Assembly: GCA_049969675.1 (NCBI GenBank) | Contig: JBMFOP010000052.1 | Coordinates: 1 to 16,909, forward strand | Direction of reading: 5' to 3' | Origin: Myxococcota bacterium | Lineage (GTDB): Bacteria; Myxococcota; SpSt-1050 | DNA: 16,909 nt | In this document: one piece after another, positions 16,671 through 16,909 of the stretch | How positions within the stretch are numbered: position 1 is the first letter of the stretch | How the letters are laid out: the number at the start of each line of letters is the position of its first letter | Notes under the pieces: generated by a model | Databases searched by the model: none | What the model was told of the DNA's origin: nothing | What the model saw: only the letters and a program-made list of their open reading frames with translations | Program-made: the position numbers and the translations under genes

Positions 16671-16909
16671 ATGAAGAATATTTTGATTGGAAAGGTTGAG
16701 ACCGACCCTCTCATTCACTATGGAGGGTTATTTAATACACTTGAATGTTTGCTGTTTTTATCCTTTGTTTCATATCTGATATTCATCCCATTCATAAGAG
16801 AGAAGAGATATAAAAATTTTCTCTTTTATATTTCTACTCTAATGCCGATACTCAACATCTATTATAGGAACAATCATCCATTTGTGGGTGGAATATTTCT
16901 GGGGCACCT
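16671..16909 (+). CDS. Partial membrane protein, 3'-truncated by the window edge
   Basis: ATG16671 lies 4 nt after the SGNH stop, preceded by AGGA. The frame is open to the end: MKNILIGKVETDPLIHYGGLFNTLECLLFLSFVSYLIFIPFIREKRYKNFLFYISTLMPILNIYYRNNHPFVGGIFLGH. Not in the ORF track. Confidence 0.6.
   Translation, partial: MKNILIGKVETDPLIHYGGLFNTLECLLFLSFVSYLIFIPFIREKRYKNFLFYISTLMPILNIYYRNNHPFVGGIFLGH

Overview
AT-rich (roughly 30-35% GC by eye), almost fully coding bacterial window that looks like a cell-envelope glycan/glycolipid tailoring locus. It has three tightly coupled transcription units. Unit 1 (+ strand, <1-4997): YVTN/YncE-like beta-propeller, cobalamin-dependent radical SAM enzyme (B12-rSAM) #1, class III PLP aminotransferase, B12-rSAM #2. 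Unit 2 (- strand, 8714-4965): UbiA-family polyprenyl-phosphate phosphoribosyltransferase (DPPR-synthase-like), B12-rSAM #4, B12-rSAM #3; it overlaps unit 1 tail-to-tail by 33 nt. Unit 3 (+ strand, 8820->16909): Cys-rich lipoprotein, GT2::GT-C-like fusion, GT-C (ArnT/PMT-like) transferase, LAB_N small membrane protein, B12-rSAM #5, exported hypothetical protein, SGNH protein, and a truncated membrane protein. The most notable signal is five intact, divergent B12-rSAM enzymes interleaved with two apparent routes to polyprenyl-phosphate-sugar donors and two GT-C-type transferases. This suggests (inference only) an uncharacterised pathway for radical modification of surface sugars or lipids. I found no RNA genes, mobile elements or CRISPR arrays. 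All family calls come from motif recognition by eye, not database searches.
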